Positions 18,107 through 28,734 of a stretch of 64,000 nt of DNA are shown here, in pieces. Below the pieces are notes generated by a model. That model made no database searches. It saw only the letters and a list, made by a program, of their open reading frames with translations, and was not told the origin of the DNA. The translations under genes were made by a program, and so were the position numbers. How positions within the stretch are numbered: the first letter of the stretch is position 1; every line of letters starts with the position of its first letter. Origin of the DNA: an uncultured Desulfatitalea sp. (GTDB taxonomy: Bacteria > Desulfobacterota > Desulfobacteria > Desulfobacterales > Desulfosarcinaceae); NCBI GenBank assembly GCA_963668675.2, contig CAXXMB010000002.1:2176001-2240000 (forward strand), in the 5' to 3' direction.

Positions 18107-20665
18107 CTATTTAAGCAGAATTCCCTTGAACCCACCCGAAACCAGCGCACCGACATCCGCCAGAATACGCGGTAGACTGAAGCCTCCCGGGCAGGCCAGG
18201 TATTTAGGGCTCCAGATCGGATCGAATTTCTCTTTGTATTGGCGCAGCCCCTGGAAATTGTAGAAGTGCTCTCCCCGGCGGGCGACCCAGTGGCCCAGTT
18301 TGTGCCACAGCGGTGCCTGATCGCGGCTCTCCATGCCGCTCAAAGGGGCCATGCCCAGATTGAACCAGCGATATCCCTGGGCCTGCCCCCAGCGCATCAT
18401 CTCGATGAAGAGATACTCCATGGCGCCGTTGGGCGCCTCCGGCAGGTAGCGCATCAGGTCAATGGTCAGCTCCTCCTGACCGGCACTGGGCCACACGTTG
18501 GCAAACGCCACGACCTTGCCCTCCAGCCTTACCAGCGCCATGGGCGTCCGACACAGGAAATCGGCATTGAAAAATCCCAGGGAAAAACCCTTTTCACGGG
18601 TGTTTTTTTCTGCCAGCCAGGCATCGGAGATGGTCTGCAGTACCGGCAGTAGGTCGGGTACCGCTTCCGCCGGTACCACGTCGAAGGTGCATCCCAGTTT
18701 GGTTAGTTTTCGCTGGATGTATCGCAGGTTCTTGCGATCGCTGCCCTCCAGTCCAAAGGCGGTCAGCGGGACACGGGCCTCCTCGCCCAGCTTGAGAGCC
18801 GAAAGCCCCATGTCCAGATAGAGGTGCAGGTGGTGATGGTCCACCTCGTAAAAGACGGTCCGGTCAGCATAGCGCGCGGCATTTCGGTGGAATTGCCAGA
18901 TCAGCTCCGGCCATTCCGACTCGGGTCCGATGGGATCGCCCATACTGATCCAGGACTGGCCCGAAACGCCATACATGATAAAGGCGTTTTCGGCTCCGCT
19001 GAGTAAAAAACGTTTGTCTCCCAAGAGGGCCAGATAGGCGGCTGCGTTGGTGGATTGGCCCACGATGGCCCGGACGGTGTCCATCTCCTGGCCGTCGGCC
19101 GGGTGAGGTGCTGGCGGTGCCGGTTTGAGCAGGCGCGCAAGGGCCACCACCAGGGCCAGGGCCAACATGCCGACACTGGCGCGCATGAAACGGGGGGCAT
19201 CCCCGCGGATACTGAAATGCCACCACAGGTCGTGGGAATAGTCCACATGGCGAAAGGCAAACAGACCCAACCAAACGGAGGTGAGAACCACGGTGGTAAT
19301 GGCTGCGATCCACCCCCCGGAGAAGGGTTCGGAAAAGAGAGATGCTTTGCGGAAAAAGAGGTTGCGATTGGGCAGCAGCACCACAAATATCAGGGACAGA
19401 ATGACGGATTCTTCGTAATCCAACCCTTTGATCAAGGAGGCGACCACGCCCAGCGCCAACAGGGCGAGGGTCGCCAGGTAAGCGGCGTCCAGTCTCCGTT
19501 GCAGCCCTCTCGCCAGCAAGAGCAATCCCATGCCGGCCAGGCTGCCGATAAAGTGTGAGATTTCCACCAAAGACAAAGGGAGCATCTTTTTAAGGAAGAG
19601 AAGCCGGCCGGTTGCGCCGGGCAAGGATCCGGAAATAAGCAGAACCGCACCGGCGACAAAGACGGCAAGGCTCAGGATGGGTACGAACACGTTGGTCCAG
19701 ATACGGCCAGCCGATTCGCTGACCCGTTTGACCGCCACTTTGCCGCGCAGCAACTCCTCGACACCCAGTACGGCAATGGCCACCAACAGCGGCAGCAGGT
19801 AGTAGATGCCCCGGTAAACGATCAGCGCACCTAATAGTTGGGGTGCGGCCAGGGTGGACGGCGCCAACGTGAGCACGATGGATTCAAAGATGCCCAGACC
19901 ACCGGGGACCTGACTGATCAACCCGCCCAGCTGGGCCAGGAGAAAGATCGCCAGGAAATGGGACGGGGAGATGGCGGCCGGTTGCGGCAAGAGCGCATAT
20001 AGCACGGCTCCGGCCAGGAACCAGTCGATCGCGGCAATCAACAACTGTCCCGTCACCAGGGGAAAGGAGGGCATTGAAAATCGCCACCGTTTGATTTCGA
20101 TGGATTTGTGGAAGAAGAGCGTGAGCAGGAGATAGCCCAGGGGCAGCAGGAGCAATACGATGCCCAAAACATGGGCCGATGTAAAGGGCAGATGCAGGCT
20201 TTGCGGTAAGGCCAGGGGGTCGGACAGGAAAGCCATGCCGCTGAGCATCAAAAATCCGAGCCACAGACTGATGCTGCAAAAGAGCACCACCTTTGTGATT
20301 TCCAATGTCGATAACCCCCATGCCGAATAGATGCGATATCGGATCGATGCACCGGCCAGCATGGAAAAGCCCACATTGTTGCTGAAAGCGTATCCTAAGA
20401 AGGAGGCCAGGGCGGTTTTCCCAAATGCCAGCGGTCGACGGATGTAGCGCAATGCAAGGAAATCGTAACCGGTCATCACCAGGTAGCTCGATAACGTCAG
20501 CAGCAGGGCCAATCCCACCTGCCCGACCGGTATGCGCCTTAGTCCGTCGAGCAGGTCGTGCCAGTGATAGCCGTGTAGCCGGTGGTAGACACTCCATAGG
20601 GATAATACGAGGACCGCAAGCATCAGCAACGGCAGTAAACGTTTCAGCTTCGATATCATCGCCAC
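18107..20665 (-). CDS. mprF: Bifunctional aminoacyl-phosphatidylglycerol flippase/synthase MprF
   Basis: Polytopic N-terminus with PGGLGIFE; C-terminal synthase with MGDPIG, KLGEEA, EKGFSLG, DLMR, NLGMAPLSG, FYNFQGLRQYKEKF; alternative ATG at 20659. Confidence 0.95.
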   Translation of the reverse strand: MAMISKLKRLLPLLMLAVLVLSLWSVYHRLHGYHWHDLLDGLRRIPVGQVGLALLLTLSSYLVMTGYDFLALRYIRRPLAFGKTALASFLGYAFSNNVGFSMLAGASIRYRIYSAWGLSTLEITKVVLFCSISLWLGFLMLSGMAFLSDPLALPQSLHLPFTSAHVLGIVLLLLPLGYLLLTLFFHKSIEIKRWRFSMPSFPLVTGQLLIAAIDWFLAGAVLYALLPQPAAISPSHFLAIFLLAQLGGLISQVPGGLGIFESIVLTLAPSTLAAPQLLGALIVYRGIYYLLPLLVAIAVLGVEELLRGKVAVKRVSESAGRIWTNVFVPILSLAVFVAGAVLLISGSLPGATGRLLFLKKMLPLSLVEISHFIGSLAGMGLLLLARGLQRRLDAAYLATLALLALGVVASLIKGLDYEESVILSLIFVVLLPNRNLFFRKASLFSEPFSGGWIAAITTVVLTSVWLGLFAFRHVDYSHDLWWHFSIRGDAPRFMRASVGMLALALVVALARLLKPAPPAPHPADGQEMDTVRAIVGQSTNAAAYLALLGDKRFLLSGAENAFIMYGVSGQSWISMGDPIGPESEWPELIWQFHRNAARYADRTVFYEVDHHHLHLYLDMGLSALKLGEEARVPLTAFGLEGSDRKNLRYIQRKLTKLGCTFDVVPAEAVPDLLPVLQTISDAWLAEKNTREKGFSLGFFNADFLCRTPMALVRLEGKVVAFANVWPSAGQEELTIDLMRYLPEAPNGAMEYLFIEMMRWGQAQGYRWFNLGMAPLSGMESRDQAPLWHKLGHWVARRGEHFYNFQGLRQYKEKFDPIWSPKYLACPGGFSLPRILADVGALVSGGFKGILLK

Positions 20666-20674
20666 ACCCTGCTG

Positions 20675-21319
20675 TTATTTGTCTGTTGATTGCCTTGGTC
20701 GTTGTCCGGGCTCGCCGCTCCGGATCTCCTGTGATGAGGAAACCTTATTGGCCAGGGGCGACATGCGCCGGCGTTGCCGCCATAAATGATAAAGCCACAC
20801 AACCGCACCCAGACTCGCCACCCCGGCCAAGACGAATTTTTCATAGTGTTTGATTTCACCAAGGAAAATCTCTACGGCGCTGCCGAACAGATAGCCGGCC
20901 ACTGCCACAGCGACGGCCCACAACAGCGCACCACAGCAATTGAGTATTATGAATTTAGCGGTTCGAACCCCGCTCATACCCAACACGAAAGGCGTCACCG
21001 ACCGCAGACCATAAAGAAAACGAAATGCGAGAATAGTGATGTTTTCATAGCGCTCCACCAGTCGATTCACCCGATCTATTTTGCTTTGCCAGCCGGGTCT
21101 CTTTCTAAGGATATAGTCTTTGTGCCGGCGCCCCAGGAAGAAAAAGAGTTGATCGCCCATTAAGCTGCCGGCAAAAGCCGAAAGGATGACACCCGTCAGT
21201 TTCAGGTATCCCTGGTGCGCTGCCACGCCTCCCAGCACCAGAATGGTTTCCCCCTCTAAAAAGGTACCGATCAGAAGTGCCAGGTAGCCATAGCTTGCCA
21301 GGAAGGTTCCCAGGGTCAT
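20675..21319 (-). CDS. DedA family membrane protein
   Basis: GTFLEGE, GDQLFFFLGR, FRFLYGLR motifs. Confidence 0.88.
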   Translation of the reverse strand: MTLGTFLASYGYLALLIGTFLEGETILVLGGVAAHQGYLKLTGVILSAFAGSLMGDQLFFFLGRRHKDYILRKRPGWQSKIDRVNRLVERYENITILAFRFLYGLRSVTPFVLGMSGVRTAKFIILNCCGALLWAVAVAVAGYLFGSAVEIFLGEIKHYEKFVLAGVASLGAVVWLYHLWRQRRRMSPLANKVSSSQEIRSGEPGQRPRQSTDK

Positions 21320-21402
21320 GGTTGCGTCAAGCCTTTCGCTATCTTTGGTTTGGAATTCAGCACGGGGTCGCCATTCATCAAACTTGCGGTTGTTATGGAC
21401 TA

Positions 21403-21930
21403 TCACGACATTGGCGGTCCGGTTCCCTTGTGTTTCATAATCACTGTCTGAATGGCGATGCCGATGATCGCCAAACCCAAATAGAGCAGCACGCCGACCT
21501 GAGGAGGTTCATTCAAGGCTTGGACAATCAGACCCGCCCCGACAACCGAGGATAAAACGATCAACCCCCAGTCAAACAGCCAGAATAGCACGATCGCGCC
21601 GAAAACCGCCCCGACCAGGTTGACCAACGGCACCATTGGCCAACCCATCATCACACTCAATTGAGCGGTGATCGTGCTACCCACCAACAGGCCGGCCAGG
21701 GCGATGGCGACTTTTTGAAAAAAGATCGCCAGTAAAGCGCCGACGACAGCAGCCAGCAAACCGATCAACAGAAACAGCCAGAAGGGTTGCGGGCCGAAGT
21801 ACTGCTCAGCGGCCTCTATTCCCGACACCATGCCCACCAAGGCGACAAACAGCCAAAACAGTTTACGTCCCAATATAAGAAGGATACATCCAGCAAGCCC
21901 CATCAGCATGATTATCTCCCTGTTCAACAT
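21403..21930 (-). CDS. Membrane protein (DUF4203-like)
   Basis: Almost wholly hydrophobic with about 6 TM segments; GRKLFW start motif, SS-x-GA. Confidence 0.65.
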   Translation of the reverse strand: MLNREIIMLMGLAGCILLILGRKLFWLFVALVGMVSGIEAAEQYFGPQPFWLFLLIGLLAAVVGALLAIFFQKVAIALAGLLVGSTITAQLSVMMGWPMVPLVNLVGAVFGAIVLFWLFDWGLIVLSSVVGAGLIVQALNEPPQVGVLLYLGLAIIGIAIQTVIMKHKGTGPPMS

Positions 21931-22461
21931 TTAAAAAGATAGGATTATACGTTCATCAGCGACACCGGGGCTCGAATGTTTCGGTCAGCCCACCCATAGT
22001 GGCGGCCTTCGGGGAGCCCCCCCGGTCACCGTAGAGGTTTGTGTGGTACCTGATGCGGATGTTAAATGGCAGTGACCATGGGTTGGTAGCATTCTGATCG
22101 GCCATATCGTAACGTGGAACGCTCAAAGTGAACTTGCACCGCGCAACTCCGAAACCAATTGCATCAGTGACACGAATTGGGAACACGCTACATCTGAGAT
22201 ATGCTTTATCTGTTTGCGATACCACTCTTTGGCAAAGAATTCAAAATCTGTTTGCCAACCATCTAAAAATGCTTAATTTTCAGGTTGTTGTGCAATTGGA
22301 GCATCAAGCGTGAACTCAACCCGCATGCCCTGAACCCGCCGTGTATTATCCACTCATCACCTGTACCCTTCTTCGATGCACTTGAGCGGCGTGACAACCC
22401 CACACCAAAGCCTTACGTTGCACACCGTAAGAAAAACCACTGTCACAGAGGGACTTTCAAA

Positions 22462-23637
22462 ATGGGTTCTGCAGATGCAACATTGCAAATCCGATGGCAC
22501 CAGGCCATCGACGATATCGACCCAGGCGCCTGGGATCGTCTGGCCCAGCCCTTGGAGACCCCCCTGCTCGAGTGGCAGTGGCTGCACATTCTGGAAACAT
22601 CAGGCAGCATCGCTCCCCAAACCGGCTGGCATCCGCGGCATCTCACCGTCTGGAGGGGCAGTCGATTGGTGGGCGCCGCCCCGCTCTACCTCAAAACCCA
22701 CAGCAGCGGTGAGTTCGTCTTCGACCAGTGGTGGGCCCGCTGGGCGGAACAGGAGGGCATCGCCTACTATCCCAAACTGGTGGGCATGAGCCCTGCCACC
22801 CCCTCGGTCGGCTACCGTTTTCTCGTTGAGAACAGCCCCCGTGCACAGTTGATCCAACAGAAGATGTTCGACGCTATCGACCAGTTGTGTCTGCAGAGCA
22901 ACATCTCGGGATGCCATCTGCTCTTCGTCGATCCGGACTGGATGGCAGTGGCCGAGCAGGCCGGCTACACCCTCTGGCAGCACCAGAGTTTTCTGTGGCG
23001 CAACGCCAACTACGACACATTCGACGCCTATCTGCGGCCCTTCAAGTCAACCCAGCGCCGCAACATCCGCCGTGAACGGCGCCGCATGCAGCAGGCGGGC
23101 ATCACCATTCGGCCCCTGACCGGGGATCAAATCCCATCCGATCTGGCCGGCCTTATGCATCGCTACTATCTCAACACCAACGCCCAGTATGGCCCCTGGG
23201 CGGCCAGGTACCTCAATGGCCCCTTTTTCGATGCCGCTTTCGAGCGCTATCGCCATCGGCTGCTGTTGGTCGCCGCCTACCATCCGTCTGCCGGCGACCA
23301 ACCGCTGGCCCTCTCCATACTGCTGCACAAAGGCCGCACTCTAATAGGCCGCTACTGGGGGTGTGCCGTGCCCGTCAAAGACCTTCACTTCAACATGTGC
23401 TTCTACGCCCCCATCGAATGGGCCATCGAGAACGGCATTCGAACCTTCGATCCGGGCGCCGGATCACCCCACAAGATCTATCGCGGCTTCGAAGCCGTGG
23501 CCAACGCCAGCCTGCATCGCTTCTACGAACCGCGACTGAAAAGGATGTTCAATCGATTTATCAACGAAATCAATCGGGCCGAACAGGAGGGCATCGACGC
23601 CCTTAACGAACAGTTGCCGTTTGCAGCCCGCTCTTGA
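22462..23637 (+). CDS. FemAB-like (DUF482) GNAT-fold protein
   Basis: LE-x-SG, PLYLKTHSSGEFVFD, YYPKL, R-x-IRRERR, GRYWG, LHFN-x-CFY, F-x-PGAG, HK-x-RGF. Confidence 0.88.
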   Translation: MGSADATLQIRWHQAIDDIDPGAWDRLAQPLETPLLEWQWLHILETSGSIAPQTGWHPRHLTVWRGSRLVGAAPLYLKTHSSGEFVFDQWWARWAEQEGIAYYPKLVGMSPATPSVGYRFLVENSPRAQLIQQKMFDAIDQLCLQSNISGCHLLFVDPDWMAVAEQAGYTLWQHQSFLWRNANYDTFDAYLRPFKSTQRRNIRRERRRMQQAGITIRPLTGDQIPSDLAGLMHRYYLNTNAQYGPWAARYLNGPFFDAAFERYRHRLLLVAAYHPSAGDQPLALSILLHKGRTLIGRYWGCAVPVKDLHFNMCFYAPIEWAIENGIRTFDPGAGSPHKIYRGFEAVANASLHRFYEPRLKRMFNRFINEINRAEQEGIDALNEQLPFAARS

Positions 23638-23639
23638 AT

Positions 23640-23798
23640 TTGATGAACTCGTAAGAAATCCCAAAAGTGCTTTTCCCGTCATTCCGGCGAAGGCCGGGTA
23701 CACAGTGAAGCTTTAGCGTTATCCAGCTTTTTCAATGAGTTCTGGATGCCGGATCAAGTCCGGCATGACGGATAAATGGCTTTTTACGATCTCATCAA
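23640..23798. repeat. About 160-bp MITE/REP-like element, copy 1
   Basis: Imperfect terminal IRs TTGATGAACTCGTAA / TTACGATCTCATCAA; internal CGTCATTCCGGCGAAGGCCGG...CTGGATGCCGGATCAAGTCCGGCATGACG; second copy at 54085. Confidence 0.8.
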
Positions 23799-23927
23799 TT
23801 TTTACTACATCGGGTTTTGGTAAGATTTATAAAGGGCGACCAGTCCGGTGGGTGGCCAGCGCCTCGTGAGCATTGAATGTTAGTGCCGCTTTTGAGCGGT
23901 GATGGCGCTGAGAGAGGAAAAAGGGGA

Positions 23928-24245
23928 TTATGGCTCTGGCTCCATGGTCACCTGCAGGGGAAATTCGGCCTCCCTGGCCAACATGATGGCGGCTGCCACC
24001 TTGGTTTCGGCCACATCGCGGTCGTAAACCCCTGCCACACCACTGCCCTGGCGGTGCACACGCCACATCAATTCCGCGGCCGCGTCCCGGCTCTTGTGGA
24101 AGACCACCACCAGAAGCTCCACCACAAACTCACGGGAGGTGTAGTCGTCGTTGTGCAGGATCACCCGGTACATGGGTGGGAGCTGGGTGCGCTCCTGCGT
24201 ATCCTCCTTGACGACCTCGATGATATTCGGCTGTTCGGTGGCCAT
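23928..24245 (-). CDS. clpS: ATP-dependent Clp protease adaptor ClpS
   Basis: YRVILHNDDYTSREFVV, MWRVHRQG, AETKV, FPL. Confidence 0.93.
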   Translation of the reverse strand: MATEQPNIIEVVKEDTQERTQLPPMYRVILHNDDYTSREFVVELLVVVFHKSRDAAAELMWRVHRQGSGVAGVYDRDVAETKVAAAIMLAREAEFPLQVTMEPEP

Positions 24246-24354
24246 CTGTAGCTCCGGGATGATGAATGGGTAAAACAGGAAAAATAAACACATGAAAGGG
24301 AGAATCAAGCCACGGCGTGAGACTGAAGGCACGAGGTGAATGGGTTCGCCGCAC

Positions 24355-25107
24355 TCAACCCTTCAGCCTCTCCACCTCCATTTTTTTCAAATGCGCATGA
24401 ATCTTCTCCATCGCAGAGATAAAAGCCTCTCTCTTTTCACTCGCGTAGGGGTTGTAGCGGTGCATGTCCTCGAAGAGCTGCCAGGTGTCGTTCTTGACCA
24501 CCCCCAGGATATGCAGCAGGCGCTTATAACCCTCGGTGTCGATATCCAGCGGCTCGGCGCCGAACTCGGAGAGAGTCCGGCCGATGAAATGGGTCAGGGA
24601 GAGGGTGATCGCTATCTTGCGGTCGTGCTCGGAAGGGGTGGTCTCGATGATCTGCAGCCCTTTGCCGGCCAGCCAGGATTGGATCTTTTCATATTTTCGG
24701 GGGGCGATGCGCTCGGGGCAGAGCACCATCTTGTGCCCCTGCAGTGAGGTGGCGGCGCTGTCCGGTCCGAACATCGGGTGGGTGGCCAGGATCTCGACCG
24801 TTTCGGGCAGCAGTTGCCGCATCCAGCGGGCCGGATACTCTTTAACCGAGCAGACATCGGCCACCGTTGTGCCGGGCGCCAGCAGGGGCGCAATGCGGGG
24901 CAGTGTTGCCTCCATGGCCGAAATGGGCACGCAGACGATGACGATTTTCTGAGCGCACGCCTCCTCCATGGTGACCAGCCGCCCGCCGGCGTCGGCGATG
25001 TCATCCGCCTTTTCCGTGCTGCGCGTGCATACCACCACATCCATATCGGTGGAGAGATGCTGAACTGTCAGGCGACCGAAGCGCCCATAACCGATCAGAC
25101 CGATCAT
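24355..25107 (-). CDS. tyrA: TyrA family prephenate/arogenate dehydrogenase (no ACT domain)
   Basis: IGYGRFG, DVCSVK, THPMFGPDS, EHD; ATGA overlap with the upstream gene. Confidence 0.88.
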   Translation of the reverse strand: MIGLIGYGRFGRLTVQHLSTDMDVVVCTRSTEKADDIADAGGRLVTMEEACAQKIVIVCVPISAMEATLPRIAPLLAPGTTVADVCSVKEYPARWMRQLLPETVEILATHPMFGPDSAATSLQGHKMVLCPERIAPRKYEKIQSWLAGKGLQIIETTPSEHDRKIAITLSLTHFIGRTLSEFGAEPLDIDTEGYKRLLHILGVVKNDTWQLFEDMHRYNPYASEKREAFISAMEKIHAHLKKMEVERLKG

Positions 25108-26258
25108 AACACCCCTTTGATTTTTTCAAATGCGAGCCGAAGGTTCTCTTCACTTATCCCGTAGGAGATTCGAATGTGCCCCGGGCCGTGAAACGCCTCG
25201 CCCGGCACGACGGCCACACCCGCCTCCCGAAGCAGACGCGCGGCCATATCCTCGCTGGTTTCACCATTGCGCAAATGAGGCCGCACGTCCGGGAAGAGAT
25301 AGAAAGCCCCTGCCCCATGGCTGCAAGCGAACAGCTCCCTTGTGAGTTCAAAAGCCAGATCGCGCAGGCGTTGCAGCCTATTGCGCCGCTCGTCAACCAC
25401 GGCCGGATTCATCTCCAACGCGGCCAGGGCGCCGTATTGGGCGAATGTGCACACGTTGCCTGTCAGATGGCTCTGCAGGCGACTCAATGCAGTGACGATG
25501 GGTTTGTCCGCTGCGACATACCCCAGACGAAAACCGGTCATGTTAAACTGTTTGGAAAAACTGCGCACCGTGATCACCTGCCTGGGGTCCGGAGCACTCT
25601 CCAAGGCGCTCCGAAACGGATGGTGGTCGTAGGCAAAGGCATGGTAGGCCTCATCGGCGATCAAGTATATGCCCCGCTCGGCGGCGACCCTTGCGGTTTC
25701 CGCCAGTGCCGCTCGCTCATAGACGGCCCCGGTCGGGTTGTTGGGCGTGTTGACCAGAATCGCACGCGTGCGACCGGTGACCGCCCGGGCAATGCGCTGG
25801 GGATCGAGTTGGAAATCGGCAGTGGTCTCCACCAGAACAGGGTGCCCGCCGGCCAGCTTAACCTGTTCGGTGAAGCTCACCCAGCATGGGCGCGGAATGA
25901 TCACCTCATCGCCCGGATCGCACAACACCTGGAACAGGGAAAAGAGGGCCTGCTTGGCGCCGTTGGTGACCACGATGCTGTTTCCGTCGTATCCGAACGG
26001 TGCGAACGCCTCGGCCAGGCGTGCGCGCAGATCCGGTTCGCCGGGTACGGGCCCGTAGCGCGTGCGCTGCTCTTGCAGGGCCCGCCGGGTTGCCGAAATA
26101 ATAGGCTCCGGCGTGTCGAAATCGGGTTCGCCCACTGCCAGATTGATGATCTCTCGTCCTTGTCGGCGCAGGGTCTGGGTCAGGGTCGAGATATGGGTGG
26201 TCCTCGATTCGCCGATTTTGCCAATCCGGGCAGAGAAGTGGGGCTCTCCGGTCAACAT
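25104..26258 (-). CDS. Class I-beta aspartate/prephenate aminotransferase
   Basis: [42 protein letters not shown]; located between aroC and tyrA. Confidence 0.85.
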   Translation of the reverse strand: MLTGEPHFSARIGKIGESRTTHISTLTQTLRRQGREIINLAVGEPDFDTPEPIISATRRALQEQRTRYGPVPGEPDLRARLAEAFAPFGYDGNSIVVTNGAKQALFSLFQVLCDPGDEVIIPRPCWVSFTEQVKLAGGHPVLVETTADFQLDPQRIARAVTGRTRAILVNTPNNPTGAVYERAALAETARVAAERGIYLIADEAYHAFAYDHHPFRSALESAPDPRQVITVRSFSKQFNMTGFRLGYVAADKPIVTALSRLQSHLTGNVCTFAQYGALAALEMNPAVVDERRNRLQRLRDLAFELTRELFACSHGAGAFYLFPDVRPHLRNGETSEDMAARLLREAGVAVVPGEAFHGPGHIRISYGISEENLRLAFEKIKGVL

Positions 26259-27352
26259 GGCTGCAAATTCCCGGCGCAACGGGCCGCCTGTCTGAGCATG
26301 CTGTCCATCAGAACCAGGGCCGCCATGGACTCGACGATGGGCACTGCGCGCGGCACCACGCAAGGATCGTGTCTTCCTTTGGCTTCGAGCACGGTCTCCC
26401 GGCCATCGAAATCGACGGTGGGTTGCTCGCGACCGATGGTGGCCGGCGGCTTGAAGGCCACGCGGAACCAGATGGCTTCACCGTTGCTGATGCCGCCCTG
26501 GATACCGCCGCTGTTGTTGGACGTGGTGCCCAGGCGACCCTCTTTTTGCATGAAGGGATCGTTGTGTTGGGAGCCGCGCATGCGGGTGCCGGCAAAACCC
26601 GACCCGATCTCGAACCCCTTTGTGGCGGGGATGGAGAGCATGGCGTGGGCCAGCTGGGCCTCGAGCTTGTCGAAAACCGGTTCGCCCAGACCCACGGGAA
26701 CGTTGCGACAGACGCACGAGACCACGCCGCCCAGAGAGTCCTTGGCGTCCCGGGCCGCCTGGATCGCCGTCATCATCTCCCGGCAGGCCTTGTCGTCGGG
26801 GCAGCGCACATCGTTTCGATCCACCCGTTGGCGGGTGATCGTATCCATATCGATCTCTTCGTAGGCCACATCGGCCACAGCGCTGACCCAGGCAACGATC
26901 TCCACCCCGAAGCGCTCGCCCAGGACCTTCTCGGCAATGGCGCCGGCCGCTACCCGCCCGATCGTTTCCCGGGCGCTCGACCGGCCCCCGCCACTCGAGG
27001 CGCGGATGCCGTACTTCATCTGATAGGTGTAGTCGGCGTGGGAGGGTCGGGGCGTTTTGGACATCTCGGCGTAGTCGCCCGGCCGCTGGTCCCGGTTGGG
27101 CACGAAGAGGGCCACCGGCGTGCCCAGGGTGAGGCCGTTCTCTACGCCGGAGAGGATGGTCACCTGGTCGCTCTCTTGACGATCGGTGGTCATTTTGCTC
27201 TGGCCCGGCCGCCGTCGGTCGAGTTGGGTCTGGATATCGGCCTCGTCCAGTGCCAGGTTGGGTGGGCATCCATCCACCACAGCACCCACCCCCTTGCAGT
27301 GGGATTCGCCATACGTCGTGACCCGAAACAGGGTTCCGAAAGTGCTGGACAT
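26252..27352 (-). CDS. aroC: Chorismate synthase
   Basis: [41 protein letters not shown]. Confidence 0.97.
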   Translation of the reverse strand: MSSTFGTLFRVTTYGESHCKGVGAVVDGCPPNLALDEADIQTQLDRRRPGQSKMTTDRQESDQVTILSGVENGLTLGTPVALFVPNRDQRPGDYAEMSKTPRPSHADYTYQMKYGIRASSGGGRSSARETIGRVAAGAIAEKVLGERFGVEIVAWVSAVADVAYEEIDMDTITRQRVDRNDVRCPDDKACREMMTAIQAARDAKDSLGGVVSCVCRNVPVGLGEPVFDKLEAQLAHAMLSIPATKGFEIGSGFAGTRMRGSQHNDPFMQKEGRLGTTSNNSGGIQGGISNGEAIWFRVAFKPPATIGREQPTVDFDGRETVLEAKGRHDPCVVPRAVPIVESMAALVLMDSMLRQAARCAGNLQPC

Positions 27353-27383
27353 GATATTTCCCCTAACATCTTCATAAACGATC

Positions 27384-27457
27384 GTAGGGGCGGGGTTTAT
27401 CCTCGCCCGGACCGAGCACAAAGGGGGTGCCCGGGCGGAGATAAACCCCGCCCCTAG
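27384..27457. repeat. Inverted doublet of GTAG-type REP sequences (REPIN-like) between aroA and aroC
   Basis: GTAGGGGCGGGGTTTATCCTCGCCC (27384-27408) and inverted GGGCGGAGATAAACCCCGCCCCTAG (27433-27457). Confidence 0.75.
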
Positions 27458-27471
27458 ACGTCATTGGTTAT

Positions 27472-28734
27472 CTATTGATAGAGCGTCTTGAATACTTCCC
27501 AATAGTTTGGAAACGACTTGCCGACGCAGGTTTCATCGGTGATGACCAGCTCCTGCACCTTGAGGCCGGCCACGGCAAAGCACATGGCGATGCGGTGGTC
27601 GTTATAGGTTTCGACCGGTGCGCCGTGGGGCTGGCCGCCCATGATGTGCAGCTCATCTTCGCCGCAGTAGGTCTCGATCCCCATCTTGGCCAGCTCCTGG
27701 GATACAGCGGCCAGCCGGTCGCTCTCTTTGGCTCTCAGGTGGGCCACATTCCGGATCACCGTGGTGCCGCGGGCAAAGGCTGCCACCACCGCCAGGGTCG
27801 GCACCATGTCGGGCATGTCGCCCATGTCGATCTCGATGGCCTGCAGGTCGCCGCCGGTCACGGCCGTACCATCCGGTTCGTGATCCACCCTGCACCCCAT
27901 GCGGCCGAAAACATCGGCCAACCCCACATCCCCCTGGCTGGAGGCCGGTGTGACACCCCCGACTTTGACCGTGGCGCCGGTGATGGCGCCGGCCGCCCAG
28001 AAGTAGCCGGCCTGTGAGCCGTCCGGCTCGACAGCGTGATCGCCGGCCCGGTAGGTCTGGCCACCCGGCACTTCAAAACGGGTGTATCCATCGTGTTTCA
28101 GTTCGATGCCGAAAAGCCTCATGATGTGGATGGTCATATCGAGATAGGGCTGCGAGACCGGTCCGCGGGTGACATCGATGGCCAGTCCCCGCGCCAGGCA
28201 GGGGGCCGTGAGCAGCAGGGCGGAGAGATACTGGCTGCTGGTGCCACAGTCGATGGCGGTCTCTCTTCCGGACGTGCGGCCGCCGGGGATGACGATGGGC
28301 GGGCATCCGGTGCCGTTGACCGAGCGGGCGTCGATGCCGAGCTGTTGCAAGCTGTCGATCAGGGCCTGCATGGGGCGTTCGCACATACGCGGCGAGCCGG
28401 TGAAGAGATAGTCACCCTGCCCCAGGATGCTCAGCCCGCTGAGCAGGCGCATGGAGGTGCCCGAGTTGCCCAGGTCGATTGGATCGGTACAAGGGGCCAG
28501 CTTTCCCTTGGCGCCCTGGACCTCCATGTCGCTTCCCCGGTCCTCGATGCGGATACCCATCTGCTGCAACGCCTTGCGCGTCAGGAGGGTGTCTTCACTG
28601 CGCAGCGGGTTGCTGACATGGCAGCGTCCGTCCGACAGTGCGGCGGCGATGAGCATTCGATGGGTGTAGCTCTTTGAGCCTGGCACCTGCACCGTCACAT
28701 TTGGTTTTATGGGTCTGTTTTCTATTCGAAGCAT
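27472..28734 (-). CDS. aroA: 3-phosphoshikimate 1-carboxyvinyltransferase (EPSP synthase)
   Basis: PGSKSYTHR, LGNSGTSMR, SSQYLSALL, RAKESDR, DHRIAM, KSFP. Confidence 0.97.
   Translation of the reverse strand: MLRIENRPIKPNVTVQVPGSKSYTHRMLIAAALSDGRCHVSNPLRSEDTLLTRKALQQMGIRIEDRGSDMEVQGAKGKLAPCTDPIDLGNSGTSMRLLSGLSILGQGDYLFTGSPRMCERPMQALIDSLQQLGIDARSVNGTGCPPIVIPGGRTSGRETAIDCGTSSQYLSALLLTAPCLARGLAIDVTRGPVSQPYLDMTIHIMRLFGIELKHDGYTRFEVPGGQTYRAGDHAVEPDGSQAGYFWAAGAITGATVKVGGVTPASSQGDVGLADVFGRMGCRVDHEPDGTAVTGGDLQAIEIDMGDMPDMVPTLAVVAAFARGTTVIRNVAHLRAKESDRLAAVSQELAKMGIETYCGEDELHIMGGQPHGAPVETYNDHRIAMCFAVAGLKVQELVITDETCVGKSFPNYWEVFKTLYQ

Noticed and set aside
22229..22258. Inverted repeat TTGGCAAA...TTTGCCAA between divergent genes
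   Set aside because: Single 8-bp-arm instance with no cognate regulator nearby; insufficient support.
25176..26864. 562-aa plus-strand ORF
   Set aside because: Antisense to the aminotransferase and aroC; no recognisable domain.
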